32,000 nt of DNA, from assembly GCF_000284115.1 (NCBI RefSeq), contig NC_017080.1, forward strand, positions 3,060,001 to 3,092,000. Reading direction: 5' to 3'. The position numbers were made by a program, and so were the translations under genes. The notes under the pieces were generated by a model. That model saw nothing but the letters and a program-made list of their open reading frames with translations, was not told where the DNA came from and made no database searches. Origin of the DNA: Phycisphaera mikurensis NBRC 102666. Lineage in GTDB: Bacteria > Planctomycetota > Phycisphaerae > Phycisphaerales > Phycisphaeraceae. Of this stretch, positions 9,680 to 17,895 are shown piece after piece; the stretch's first letter is position 1; every line of letters begins with the position of its first letter.

Positions 9680-10738
9680 ATGGCCGAAGCCCCGCCCCCC
9701 ACCCAGGCCGCTGCGCCGGCCGAGCGCGAAGCCGACGAGGCCGGTGCGGAGGCCGCCCATCGGGTCGAGCTCGACGCGTTCGAGGGCCCGCTGGACCTGC
9801 TGCTGCACCTGGTGAAGCGGCACGAGATCGACCTCTTCGACATCCCGATGGCCGAGCTCGTCCAGCAGTACCTCGAGCACGTGCGGGCGATCGAGGTGCT
9901 CGACGTCGACCGCGCCGGCGCCTTCCTGGTGATGGCGGCGACGCTGGTGGAAGTCAAGAGCCGCACGCTGGTGCCGGCCGCCGGCCGCGGCGACGACGCG
10001 AAGGACGCGGCGGAGCTGGAGGAGGCCGCCGCGGCGGATCCGCGGCTGGAGCTGGTGCAGCAGCTGCTCGCGTACCGGCGTTTCAAAGAAGCGGCGGCTG
10101 CGCTGGAGGCGCGACGCTTGGACTGGGAGTCGCGGCACCCGGCCGCGGCGGGCCGCTCGGAGGCGGCCGACGAGGACCCCCACGCCCCGCCGCCGCTGGA
10201 ACTCGACGAGGCCAACGCGATGGACCTCACCCACGCCTTCGCCCGCGCGATGGAGGCGATCGGGCACGTGGGGGATCACGAGGTCGAGGTCGACGACACG
10301 CCGATCTCGCTGCACGCCGAGGACATCGCCGACCGCATCGCCCGCGACGGCGGCGAGGCCCGGACGCTGACGCTCGGGCAGGTGATCGCCGGCCGCGGCC
10401 GCGGCGAAGCGATCGGGCTGTTCCTGGCGCTGCTCGAGCTCGTCCGGCAGCGCCGGCTGACGGTCGCGGCGGGCGGAGCCGCGGACGGGACGGAGACCAG
10501 GCTGTCGCTGCGTGATCCCGACACCGAGGAGGAGCTGGACGCGGACGCGGAGGCGGAGGCGCCGGACGTGGAAGACCTCGACGCCTTCGATTGGGCGGAG
10601 CCGGCGGCCCGGGAGCGGCACGCGCGACGCCTGCGGCTGCGGGCGCAGCGGGCGGCGGAGGAAGCGGCGGACGCCCCCGCGGGACCCCGCCCGCCGGAGG
10701 TGCCGCCCGGGCCGGCCGGGCACGCCGCGCCGGCGTGA
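9680..10738 (+). CDS. scpA: Segregation and condensation protein A (kleisin of the SMC-ScpAB complex)
   Basis: I place the start at ATG 9680 (MAEAPPPTQ...), giving 352 aa. The ScpA N-terminal signature is LDAFEGPLDLLLHLVKRHEIDLFDIPMAELVQQYLEHV. The C-terminus is a winged-helix-like region (GEAIGLFLALLELVRQRRL) followed by an acidic/basic tail. Confidence 0.85.
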   Translation: MAEAPPPTQAAAPAEREADEAGAEAAHRVELDAFEGPLDLLLHLVKRHEIDLFDIPMAELVQQYLEHVRAIEVLDVDRAGAFLVMAATLVEVKSRTLVPAAGRGDDAKDAAELEEAAAADPRLELVQQLLAYRRFKEAAAALEARRLDWESRHPAAAGRSEAADEDPHAPPPLELDEANAMDLTHAFARAMEAIGHVGDHEVEVDDTPISLHAEDIADRIARDGGEARTLTLGQVIAGRGRGEAIGLFLALLELVRQRRLTVAAGGAADGTETRLSLRDPDTEEELDADAEAEAPDVEDLDAFDWAEPAARERHARRLRLRAQRAAEEAADAPAGPRPPEVPPGPAGHAAPA

Positions 10739-10759
10739 CGCCACCTCGCGGCCGATCGT

Positions 10760-12796
10760 TCAGCGGCTCAGCAGGAAGGTGAACTCGAAGGTGCGGGGCG
10801 CGTCCCAGCCGTCGAGCCGCTCGCCGCTGGCCCGCCAGCGGTAGAGCGAGCGGAGGATCGGGGCGTCGACCGCGTTGCTGCCGGCGGAGCGGAGGATCCG
10901 GGCGTTGAGCACGGTGCCGTCGCGGTCGAAGGTGACGGCGACGCGCGGCGAACGCACCACCGTGGAGAGGATCGCGACGGGGTCGATCTTCGGGCGGGCG
11001 ACGTCGACGGTGAGGCCGGGGCCGACCTCGACGCGGCCGGGCCGCAGCTCGGTGGCGTCCTCGGCGGCCGTGGCGTCGCTCTCGCTGTCGCTGCGCGGCG
11101 CGGAGGTGGGCTCGGGCGGGCCCTCGGGGGCCGGCGGGGGCTCGGGCGGCGTGGGCGGATCGGCGGCGGAACCGGGGTCGGCGGGATCCGCGGACGGTGG
11201 GGCACGGCCCGCGGATTCCGCCGCGGTCCGCGGGTCTTCGGCCGTCGCGGCGTCCGGGCTCGCAGCGGCGTCGGCCGGGCCGGGCCCGGGCAGGGCGACG
11301 CCCTCCGCCGCGGGCTCGCCGGCGGGCGCGATGGCGGCGGGTTCGGGGCCGAGCGGGGCGGCGGCGGGGGCGGAGGCGGGCGGGGCCGGGGGCGTCGGGG
11401 GCGCGGTGGCGTCGCGGGCGGGTGCGCCGGGCGTGGGAGCGGCCGAGGCCTGCAGGGCCGGCTGCAGCGTGCGGCGGCGGCGTGCGAGCAGGTCCTCGAA
11501 GGCGTCGTGCGCGATCCAGGCGACGGTGACGCGGGGCTCCGCCCCGTCGCGGCCGAGCGGTGTGTCGGGGGCATCGGCATCGCCCGCGACGACCCGGACC
11601 TCGGTGGCCGTGAGGTTGTTGCGGCGGCTGCCCGCGCCGGGATCCCCCTCGTCGACCTCGCCGTCCGCGTCGGCCACGCCCAGGAGGAACGCGGCGCGGG
11701 CGCCGCCGCCGGAGGGGGCGAAGCCCTCGGGGATGGAGGCCTCGCCGGCGGCGGCGGCGCTCGCGCCGCCCGGCAGCGGGCCCGGGGCCTCGGCGGCGAA
11801 CAGCAGCGTGTCGTCGGGGCTCAGGCGGTCGTCGGTGGAGAGGTAGACCGCGTCGCGGCGGGCGGGCCCGGCGGCCGCGGGCCGCAGGTTCTCCACGACG
11901 AGCCGGACCGGGGCGGGGCTGCCGGCCACGAGCGTCACCGGGCGGTCGGCTCGGCCGCCGGGCGGTGCAGAAGCGAGCGTGGCGGCCTCCCCGACGTCAA
12001 GCCGGGCGGCGGCGAGGTCGGGGTAGGGCGAGGCCTCGATGAGCAGCGGGAGCTCGGCCGCGTTCTCGGGCCCGTGCGGCTCGGCGAGGACGCGGCCGGC
12101 GTCCACCTCCACCCGCAGGCGCACGACGCCGGCGGCCTCGGCGGGCAGCGGGAGCACGAGCGTGCGGGCGGATCGGCCGCCGGGCGGCAGCGGCCCGGAG
12201 CCGCGCGCCGCGGCGGCGGCGAGGGGCGGGGCATCGCCGGCGAGCACCGCGACCGCGTCCCGGCCGCCGCCGCGGAGCCAGCCGGCGCCTCGGTTCTCGC
12301 GTTGCCAGGCGACGCGGACCGCCCCGCCGGCGGCGGCGGTGGTGCCGCCGGCGTCGAGGCCGGCGATGGCGAGGTCGCCGGGGCGGCCGTCGTCCACCCA
12401 GAAGGCGGCCCGCAGGGGGCCGGCGTTGCCGAGGGCGAGGCTCGCCGACCACGGCCCGGCGGCGTCGGCGGGCAGCCGCACCCGGGCCTCGGCTTGCGTC
12501 TGCCCGCCGGCGGGGATGGGCGGCAGGTCGATTCGGAAGGGGACCGGCGGCCCGCCGCCCGGCGGCGTCAGCTGGCCGGTCGCCGAGGCGGCGAGCGAGG
12601 CGCGGCCCCCGGCGGCACGCGCGGTGAAGCGGACGAGGGCCGGCCCGCCGGGTTCGACGTCGGCCACCCGAAGCGACACGCCGACCGGCGGCAGGGCGGG
12701 CGGAGCGGGAGCCCAGGCCGCGGCCGCCGCGAGGGCGAGCGCGTGGAGCCCGACGGCGAGGGCGAGCGCAAGCAGCAGCCGACCGCCGGCGATCAT
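10760..12796 (-). CDS. Atypically long TonB C-terminal-domain protein (678 aa): N-terminal membrane anchor, ~400 aa beta-rich (CARDB/Ig-like?) region, Pro-rich spacer, TonB_C-like domain
   Basis: The ATG (12796-12794) overlaps the exbD stop as ATGA. The anchor is MIAGGRLLLALALAVGLHALALAAAAAW. Pro-rich spacers include PPTPPAPPASAPAAAP and PPTPPEPPPAPEGPPEP. The last ~80 aa (PRVAVTFDRDGTVLNARILRSAGSNAVDAPILRSLYRWRASGERL) look like TonB_C. The ORF part upstream of 12796 is an alternative frame of exbD. Confidence 0.65.
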   Translation of the reverse strand: MIAGGRLLLALALAVGLHALALAAAAAWAPAPPALPPVGVSLRVADVEPGGPALVRFTARAAGGRASLAASATGQLTPPGGGPPVPFRIDLPPIPAGGQTQAEARVRLPADAAGPWSASLALGNAGPLRAAFWVDDGRPGDLAIAGLDAGGTTAAAGGAVRVAWQRENRGAGWLRGGGRDAVAVLAGDAPPLAAAAARGSGPLPPGGRSARTLVLPLPAEAAGVVRLRVEVDAGRVLAEPHGPENAAELPLLIEASPYPDLAAARLDVGEAATLASAPPGGRADRPVTLVAGSPAPVRLVVENLRPAAAGPARRDAVYLSTDDRLSPDDTLLFAAEAPGPLPGGASAAAAGEASIPEGFAPSGGGARAAFLLGVADADGEVDEGDPGAGSRRNNLTATEVRVVAGDADAPDTPLGRDGAEPRVTVAWIAHDAFEDLLARRRRTLQPALQASAAPTPGAPARDATAPPTPPAPPASAPAAAPLGPEPAAIAPAGEPAAEGVALPGPGPADAAASPDAATAEDPRTAAESAGRAPPSADPADPGSAADPPTPPEPPPAPEGPPEPTSAPRSDSESDATAAEDATELRPGRVEVGPGLTVDVARPKIDPVAILSTVVRSPRVAVTFDRDGTVLNARILRSAGSNAVDAPILRSLYRWRASGERLDGWDAPRTFEFTFLLSR

Positions 12797-13362
12797 CCGC
12801 CTCCGCCCGCCTCCGGCGGCCCCGACTGATCTGGTCGTGGGCCCGCCTCCGGCGGACCCGACTGATCTGGTCGTGGGTCCGCCTCCGGCGGCCCCGACTG
12901 ATCTGGTCGTGGGTCCGCCTCCGGCGGCCCCACGAGCGCCACCCGCCGCAGCCCGGCTCGCTCGAAGGCCTGGAGCAGCGACCAGATCCGCGGGCCGCGG
13001 TCGGCCGCCGCCGGGCCGCCCGCCCCCGCGTCCTCCACGCCCAAAGCGACGTAGAGCGTCGGCTCCGCCGGGTCCTCCGCCAGCGCGGCGGCGACCGCTT
13101 CCACGCCGGCAGGCTCCAGCGGCTCGCCGTTGTAGCGCAGGCTCCCGTCGGTCGTCAGCGTCAGCACGTGGTCCGGCACCGGGGCCGGACCGCCGGCGCC
13201 GACGACCGGGGCGACGCCCACCGGGAGGGCGTCGGCCCGCACCAGCACCGCCATCGCGTAAATGAAGTACGTGAGCAGCAGGAACACCACGTCCAGCAGC
13301 GGCAGCACGTCCAGCCGCGGCAGTCTTCCTCGGTCGCGGCGGCGGAGCGTGTGCATCGACAT
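12793..13362 (-). CDS. exbD: Biopolymer transport protein ExbD/TolR with a repeat-containing C-terminal tail
   Basis: 189 aa. The N-terminal TM segment carries the family signature LDVLPLLDVVFLLLTYFI. This is followed by the periplasmic domain (L.L...G.L.YNGEP) and the tail (GPPEADPRPDQS)x3-GPPEAGGGG. An alternative start is the ATG at 13356. Confidence 0.8.
   Translation of the reverse strand: MSMHTLRRRDRGRLPRLDVLPLLDVVFLLLTYFIYAMAVLVRADALPVGVAPVVGAGGPAPVPDHVLTLTTDGSLRYNGEPLEPAGVEAVAAALAEDPAEPTLYVALGVEDAGAGGPAAADRGPRIWSLLQAFERAGLRRVALVGPPEADPRPDQSGPPEADPRPDQSGPPEAGPRPDQSGPPEAGGGG
12795..12931. repeat. 36-bp direct tandem repeat, about 3.5 copies, in frame within the exbD 3' end
   Basis: The units are 12807-12842, 12843-12878 and 12879-12914 (ccgcctccggcgg[c/a]cccgactgatctggtcgtggg[c/t]). 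Partial units flank them at 12795-12806 and 12915-12931. On the minus strand they encode GPPEADPRPDQS repeats at the ExbD C-terminus. Confidence 0.9.
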
Positions 13363-14119
13363 CGGGGAGCGGATCGCGCGCGGCCTCCCGCAGCGTAGAG
13401 GGCCGGGGGCCGCGATCGCCCTCGCGCTGGCGGGTGCGGCGGCGGCCGCGCCGCTCCGCGCCGTGGACGGGTTGCCGCCGCTCGCGGAGCCGAACCTCGG
13501 CGCCCTGCGCGTTCTGCTGGAGCGGCCGGTGCCCGGTCCGGGGGAGCCGGTGCCCGCCGCGGATTGGAAGCGGATCCTCGCCGATCCGGCCGCGGTCCGC
13601 GGCGACGCGCTCGCGGTCCGCGGCCGCTACGCCGGGCGGCAGCGGGCGGTGGAGGCCGGCGGGCTCGCCCTCACCGAGTGGGGCTTGATCGTCGAGGGCC
13701 CCGGCGGGGCCGACCTCCCCGTCGTCGTCTACCTGCCCCGCCGCCGGGCTCCCGCGCCCGCCCCCGGCGCGGAGGTCCGCGGCACCGCGCATTTCCTGGC
13801 GCTCTGGGACGACGCCGACGCGGCCGGCCAGCCGCGGCGGTACCCGGTGCTTGCCGCCCGCGGCCTCGCCGCCCCCGCGGCGGCCGCCCGCGACGCCGCG
13901 CGGGCCGCGTGGATCCCGCGGCTGACCGCGCTGGTGGTCGTGCTCACCGCGGCCGCGTGGTGGCTCGCCCGACGCACCCGCCGCCCGCCGAGGCGTCGCC
14001 CCCTCCCCCCGCACCGCCCGGCGGCGGCCGACGCCTCCGGAGGCGAACCCCGCCCCGCCGATCCCGCCGAGGCGCTCGCCCGGCTCGCCGACGAAGCCGC
14101 GGGCCGCGACGCCCCGTAG
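13349..14119 (+). CDS. Hypothetical exported/membrane-anchored protein (start uncertain)
   Basis: GC3 is very high in this frame from about 13400 to the TAG at 14117-14119. There is an N-terminal signal-like segment (RRGPGAAIALALAGAAAAAPLRA) and a C-terminal TM plus basic stop-transfer (LTALVVVLTAAAWWLARRTRRPPRRR). I recognise no family. The only canonical start near the signal peptide is the GTG at 13349, which overlaps the exbD 5' end head to head. Confidence 0.4.
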   Translation: MCIDIGERIARGLPQRRGPGAAIALALAGAAAAAPLRAVDGLPPLAEPNLGALRVLLERPVPGPGEPVPAADWKRILADPAAVRGDALAVRGRYAGRQRAVEAGGLALTEWGLIVEGPGGADLPVVVYLPRRRAPAPAPGAEVRGTAHFLALWDDADAAGQPRRYPVLAARGLAAPAAAARDAARAAWIPRLTALVVVLTAAAWWLARRTRRPPRRRPLPPHRPAAADASGGEPRPADPAEALARLADEAAGRDAP

Positions 14120-14196
14120 CGTTCCGGCGGTCGGTCGCCGAACCGGCCGCGGGCCCGCCGCGTAGCCACCGGGTCCGCCCGCTCTTGGAGATCTCC

Positions 14197-14877
14197 ATGC
14201 TTCGCCTCCGCCGCCCGCTCCGCCTCGCCGCCGCGGCCCTCGCGACGCTGCTGCCCGCGTCCCTGGCTTGCGCCGAGGCCGCCGATCGTGCCGATCTGTG
14301 GGGCAACGCCGTCGCCGGCTCGCCCGGCCACGCGACGCAGCTGCAGCGCCTGGCCGAGGCCCGGCGGGCCGACCGCGCCGTCGCCCGCGGCCGAGACTTC
14401 GACCGCTACGACCGCTCCAGCCTCGATCGCCTCCGCGGGCACCGCAACGGCGGCCCCGTCGTCGTCATCTCCGGCAGCCGCGACCTCCGCTTCGGACCCG
14501 CGCACCCAAGAGGCGGGCTCCGCGAGCGGGTGCTGGATCAGGCGGACCGCCACCGCCTGCACCGCCAGCGGATCACGCTCGGCGGCGGCGAGGTGCTCGT
14601 CCGCGGCAACACCCGCGGCGTCGTCGTCGTGTCGCCCGGCACCGACCGCTTCGTCGCCGCCGAGCGGTGGCTCCACGGCCGCGACGCCTGCCCGCCCCGC
14701 CGCACCGGCTTCACGCGGCACGGGCGATCCGGCTTCGGCTCCTCTCGCGAGGGCCGCGCCTTCCGCGACGGCTTCCGCGACGGCTTCGATGCCGGCAGCC
14801 GCTCGGGCTTGCGGTCTTGGAGCACCGAGCGCTCCCGCGGTGCCTCGATCGAGTTCGGCTTCGGCCACCGCGACTGA
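14197..14877 (+). CDS. Hypothetical secreted protein (226 aa), Arg-rich, with a GFRDGF-repeat C-terminus
   Basis: ATG 14197 is followed by a signal peptide, MLRLRRPLRLAAAALATLLPASLACAEA. GC3 is nearly saturated throughout. I recognise no family. Confidence 0.55.
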   Translation: MLRLRRPLRLAAAALATLLPASLACAEAADRADLWGNAVAGSPGHATQLQRLAEARRADRAVARGRDFDRYDRSSLDRLRGHRNGGPVVVISGSRDLRFGPAHPRGGLRERVLDQADRHRLHRQRITLGGGEVLVRGNTRGVVVVSPGTDRFVAAERWLHGRDACPPRRTGFTRHGRSGFGSSREGRAFRDGFRDGFDAGSRSGLRSWSTERSRGASIEFGFGHRD

Positions 14878-14954
14878 CACGCGGTCCGGGGGAACCGGGC
14901 GGTGGAGGGTGGCCCCGCCGCAGGCGGGAGGGCAGCCGGTACGCTGCCGCCGCC

Positions 14955-15851
14955 ATGCCAGCGAACATCCGCGAGATCAAGGGCCGCATCAAAGCGGTCA
15001 AGAACATCCAGCGCATCACCAAGACGATGCAGCTGATCGCCTCCGCCCGCTTCCAGGCGATGCAGAAGAAGGCCACGCAGGCCCACGCCTACGCCGACCG
15101 CATCCAGGCGATGGTGGGCGAGGTCGCCCGCAGCCTCGGCAACGCCGAGGGCGTGAACCAGCCGCTGCTGTCCGCCCCCTCGCCGCCCGCGGGGCGGACG
15201 CTCGTGCTGGTGCTGACCTCCGGCCGCGGCCTGTGCGGCTCGTACAACACCCGCGTGCTGCGGGAGGCGGAGACGCTGTTCGAGGCCGGGCTGCCGGCGA
15301 GCCAGCGGGAGACCGAGATGGTCGGCAAGAAGGGCCTCGCCTACGCGAAGTTCAACGACATCGCCGTGGACACCTTCCACGCGCAGATCGGCGAGTCGCC
15401 CGCCTACGCCGACGTCGCCGAGATGGCGGAGCGGTACATCGAGCGCTTCGAGGCCGGGGCGTACGACGCCGTCAAGGTCGTCTACATGAAGTTCATCACC
15501 ATGGGCAACCAGCGCCCCGAGGTGCTGACCCTGCTCCCGATGCAGCCGCCCGAGGCCGCGGACGCGCCCAAGGGCGGCGCCTCGGAGGCCGCGGCGGACT
15601 TCGAGTTCAGCCCCGACGCCGAGACCCTGCTCGGCTCGCTGCTGCCCGAGACCGTGAAGGTCACGCTGATGCGCTGCTTCAACGACGCCGCGGTGAGCGA
15701 GCAGCTCGCCCGGATGGTGGCCATGAAGGCCGCCACCGACGCGGCCACCAAGCAGGGCAAGACGCTCAAGCGGCAGTTCAACCGGGCCCGCCAGACCGCC
15801 ATCACCACCGAGCTTTCCGAGATCATCGGCGGCGCCGCCGCGCTGGAGTAG
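14955..15851 (+). CDS. atpG: F1Fo ATP synthase gamma subunit
   Basis: 298 aa. The N-terminus MPANIREIKGRIKAVKNIQRITKTMQLIASARF and the C-terminus RQTAITTELSEIIGGAAALE are the hallmark gamma-subunit helices. Confidence 0.9.
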   Translation: MPANIREIKGRIKAVKNIQRITKTMQLIASARFQAMQKKATQAHAYADRIQAMVGEVARSLGNAEGVNQPLLSAPSPPAGRTLVLVLTSGRGLCGSYNTRVLREAETLFEAGLPASQRETEMVGKKGLAYAKFNDIAVDTFHAQIGESPAYADVAEMAERYIERFEAGAYDAVKVVYMKFITMGNQRPEVLTLLPMQPPEAADAPKGGASEAAADFEFSPDAETLLGSLLPETVKVTLMRCFNDAAVSEQLARMVAMKAATDAATKQGKTLKRQFNRARQTAITTELSEIIGGAAALE

Positions 15852-15854
15852 CGG

Positions 15855-16070
15855 ATGACGGACCGACCCTCCCGCCCCCCCTCCTCTTCGCAATCCTGGG
15901 CCGCGGCGGGTGCGGCCTTCGAGATGGCCGGGGCCGTCGGGGCCGGCTGCCTCATTGGCTTCGGCCTCGATCGCTGGCTCGGCTGGACGCCGTGGGGGCT
16001 GATCGCCGGCGCGGCGATCGGTTCGATCCTGGGCTTCTGGGCGCTGGTCCGGCTGGCGATGAAGAAGTGA
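15855..16070 (+). CDS. AtpZ/ATPase_gene1-like small membrane protein (putative F0F1-ATPase-associated subunit)
   Basis: 71 aa, starting 3 nt after the atpG stop. It has two TM helices with the motif GAVGAGCLIGFGLDRWLGWTPWGLIAGAAIGSILGF, which matches my memory of the AtpZ family (G..lD.wlgT.PwF...G...G). Confidence 0.6.
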   Translation: MTDRPSRPPSSSQSWAAAGAAFEMAGAVGAGCLIGFGLDRWLGWTPWGLIAGAAIGSILGFWALVRLAMKK

Positions 16071-16340
16071 GGCCCCGCCGCGGCCCGCGGTCGCCTTGAG
16101 AGGAGCCCGACGCCGCCGGCCCCGTCGGCACCGCGTGCGTCGGGCGTCGCCGTGCGCGCCGGCACCGGCGGCCGGCCGACGCCGGCCCCGACGCGTGGCC
16201 CGCGCGGCAGGCCGGGGGGAAAAGGGAAGCCGTTCGCCTCGATCGATCGGATCCGGCGGGATCACGCGGCGTAGCGTCACCGGGCCGCGGCCGGTTCTTC
16301 CAAGCGTGAAGCTCGGCGAGGCGAGCGGCCGGCTCCGCCG

Positions 16341-16931
16341 ATGGACCCGCGGACCGCGGAGCGCTCCGCCGAGATGGCCCCGCGGTCCGCGGGATCGTTG
16401 GATGCCCCCATGCAGCCCCGCTCCGTCCTCTTCGTCTGCCTCGGGAACATCTGCCGGTCGCCGGCGGCCGAGGGCGTTCTGCGCCGCCTGCTCGCCGAGC
16501 GCGGGCTCCAGGACGCGGTGGAGGTGGACTCCGCCGGGCTGCTGGACTTCCACGCCGGAGAGCCGGCGGACGCCCGCATGCGCAAGGCGGCGCGGCGCCG
16601 CGGGATGTCGCTCACCTCGGTCGCGCGGACGCTCACCGGCAGCGACCTCCGTCGCTTCGACCTGATCGTCGCGATGGACGCGAGCAACCTCGAACGCCTC
16701 CTGGACGTGGCCGCGGAGACGGGTTCGGACGCCTTCGCCGCGGGTCGGCTGCGGATGCTCGGCTCCTTCCTGCCCGACGCGGACCGCTCGCGTCCCGAGA
16801 TCGAGCAGGTGGAGGTGCCCGACCCCTACTACGGCGACGGCGACGGCTTCGCCGCGGTGCTCGACCTGCTGGAGGCCGCGATGCCCGGCGTGCTCGAGAC
16901 GCTGCTGGCGATGCCGGAGCGGCACGGGTGA
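16341..16931 (+). CDS. Low-molecular-weight protein tyrosine phosphatase (LMW-PTP)
   Basis: P-loop VLFVCLGNICRSPAAE (C-X5-R-S), DSAG, and the general-acid loop VPDPYYG. The start is uncertain: in-frame ATGs lie at 16341, 16374 and 16410, and 16410 gives the usual short N-terminus. Confidence 0.85.
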   Translation: MDPRTAERSAEMAPRSAGSLDAPMQPRSVLFVCLGNICRSPAAEGVLRRLLAERGLQDAVEVDSAGLLDFHAGEPADARMRKAARRRGMSLTSVARTLTGSDLRRFDLIVAMDASNLERLLDVAAETGSDAFAAGRLRMLGSFLPDADRSRPEIEQVEVPDPYYGDGDGFAAVLDLLEAAMPGVLETLLAMPERHG

Positions 16932-17818
16932 GCGACGCGATCGCCGAGGCGGTGGCGGAGGCGCTGGGCGTCGGGGCGGTCTCGTGCGATGCGGTCGGCG
17001 GCGGCTGCGTCGCGGAGGCTTCGCGGGTCGGGCTGGCGGACGGGCGGCGGGTCTTCGCGAAGCGCCTGCCCGACGCCGGCGCGGGCGTGCTCGAGGCGGA
17101 AGCGGACGGGCTGCGGGAGCTGGGGGAGGTGTCGGCGAGGCTCGGAGCCGGCGATCGGATCGCCACGCCGGGCGTGCTGCACGCGGGAGCGAACCTGCTC
17201 GTGCTGGAGTGGTTGGAGCTGGGCGGGCCGCGTGTCGGCGATGCCACGTGGGGGCGGAGGCTCGCCGCCTTCCACCGGGCTTCCGCGGCGGGTTCCCACG
17301 CCGGGTACGGAGCGGATCAGGACCGCCCGCTGGGAGCGACGCCGCAGGACAACCGCCGCCTGCACGACTGGCCGACCTTCTGGCGCGACCGGCGGCTCGT
17401 CCCGATGCTCGACGCGCTCGGAGCCGCGGGACGCGGTGGCGGCCTCGTCGATCGTGGGCGTCGGCTCGCCGAGCGGATCCCCGAGATCCTCGGCGGGGCC
17501 GACGAGACCCCGTGCCTGCTGCACGGCGACCTGTGGTCCAGCAACCTCGGGAGCGTCGGCGGCGAGCCGGTCTGGTTCGACCCTTCCCCCTACACCGGCT
17601 CGCGCGAGGCGGAGTTCGGCATGACTCGCATGTTCGGCGGCTTCGGTCCGGCGTTCGAGGCGGCGTACCGCGAGGCGTGGCCGCTGCCGGACCCTGATGG
17701 CTTCGACCGGCGGGTCGGCGTCTACGAGCTGCACCACCACCTCAACCACCTGCTGCTGTTCGGAGAGGGCTACCGGGCCGGCTGCGAGCGGCGGATGGCA
17801 CGCCTGCTGCGCGGCTGA
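16928..17818 (+). CDS. Fructosamine/ketosamine-3-kinase family protein
   Basis: The GTG at 16928 overlaps the LMW-PTP stop (GTGA). Family motifs are present: LLHGDLWSSNLG, FDPSPYTGSREAEFGMTRMFGGF and YELHHHLNHLLLFG. Confidence 0.85.
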   Translation: MSDAIAEAVAEALGVGAVSCDAVGGGCVAEASRVGLADGRRVFAKRLPDAGAGVLEAEADGLRELGEVSARLGAGDRIATPGVLHAGANLLVLEWLELGGPRVGDATWGRRLAAFHRASAAGSHAGYGADQDRPLGATPQDNRRLHDWPTFWRDRRLVPMLDALGAAGRGGGLVDRGRRLAERIPEILGGADETPCLLHGDLWSSNLGSVGGEPVWFDPSPYTGSREAEFGMTRMFGGFGPAFEAAYREAWPLPDPDGFDRRVGVYELHHHLNHLLLFGEGYRAGCERRMARLLRG

Positions 17819-17895
17819 CCCCGCGGATCGAAGCCGCGACGGAGTTGAAACGGCGGCGGTCCGCGGCGGTCCGCGGCGATCGACGCACGACGGCA

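Noticed and set aside
9635-10744. N-terminal extension of the kdsD ORF to 725 aa, and likewise the 8498-9679 extension of the scpA ORF to 746 aa
   Set aside because: Each extension runs antisense through the other, well-supported gene. The family-typical N-termini begin at ATG 9634 (minus strand) and ATG 9680 (plus strand), and the extensions are low-complexity.
12795-12931. Possible CRISPR array, because the repeats are 36 bp long
   Set aside because: The units are directly head to tail with no spacers, there are only about 3.5 copies, and they are in frame inside exbD. This is a coding tandem repeat, not a CRISPR array.
12797-14014. Extension of the TonB-like ORF to 1084 aa
   Set aside because: The extension is an alternative frame of exbD and of the divergent gene. 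The ATG at 12796 gives a canonical short N-terminus plus TM anchor and an ATGA coupling to exbD.
15877-15891. 14-nt match (cccctcctcttcgc) between the atpZ-like coding region and the right arm of palindromic element copy 1 (320-333)
   Set aside because: There is no complementary arm nearby and it lies in frame inside a coding sequence (PSRPPSSSQ). It is most likely a chance match of a low-complexity C/T-rich string rather than a third element copy.
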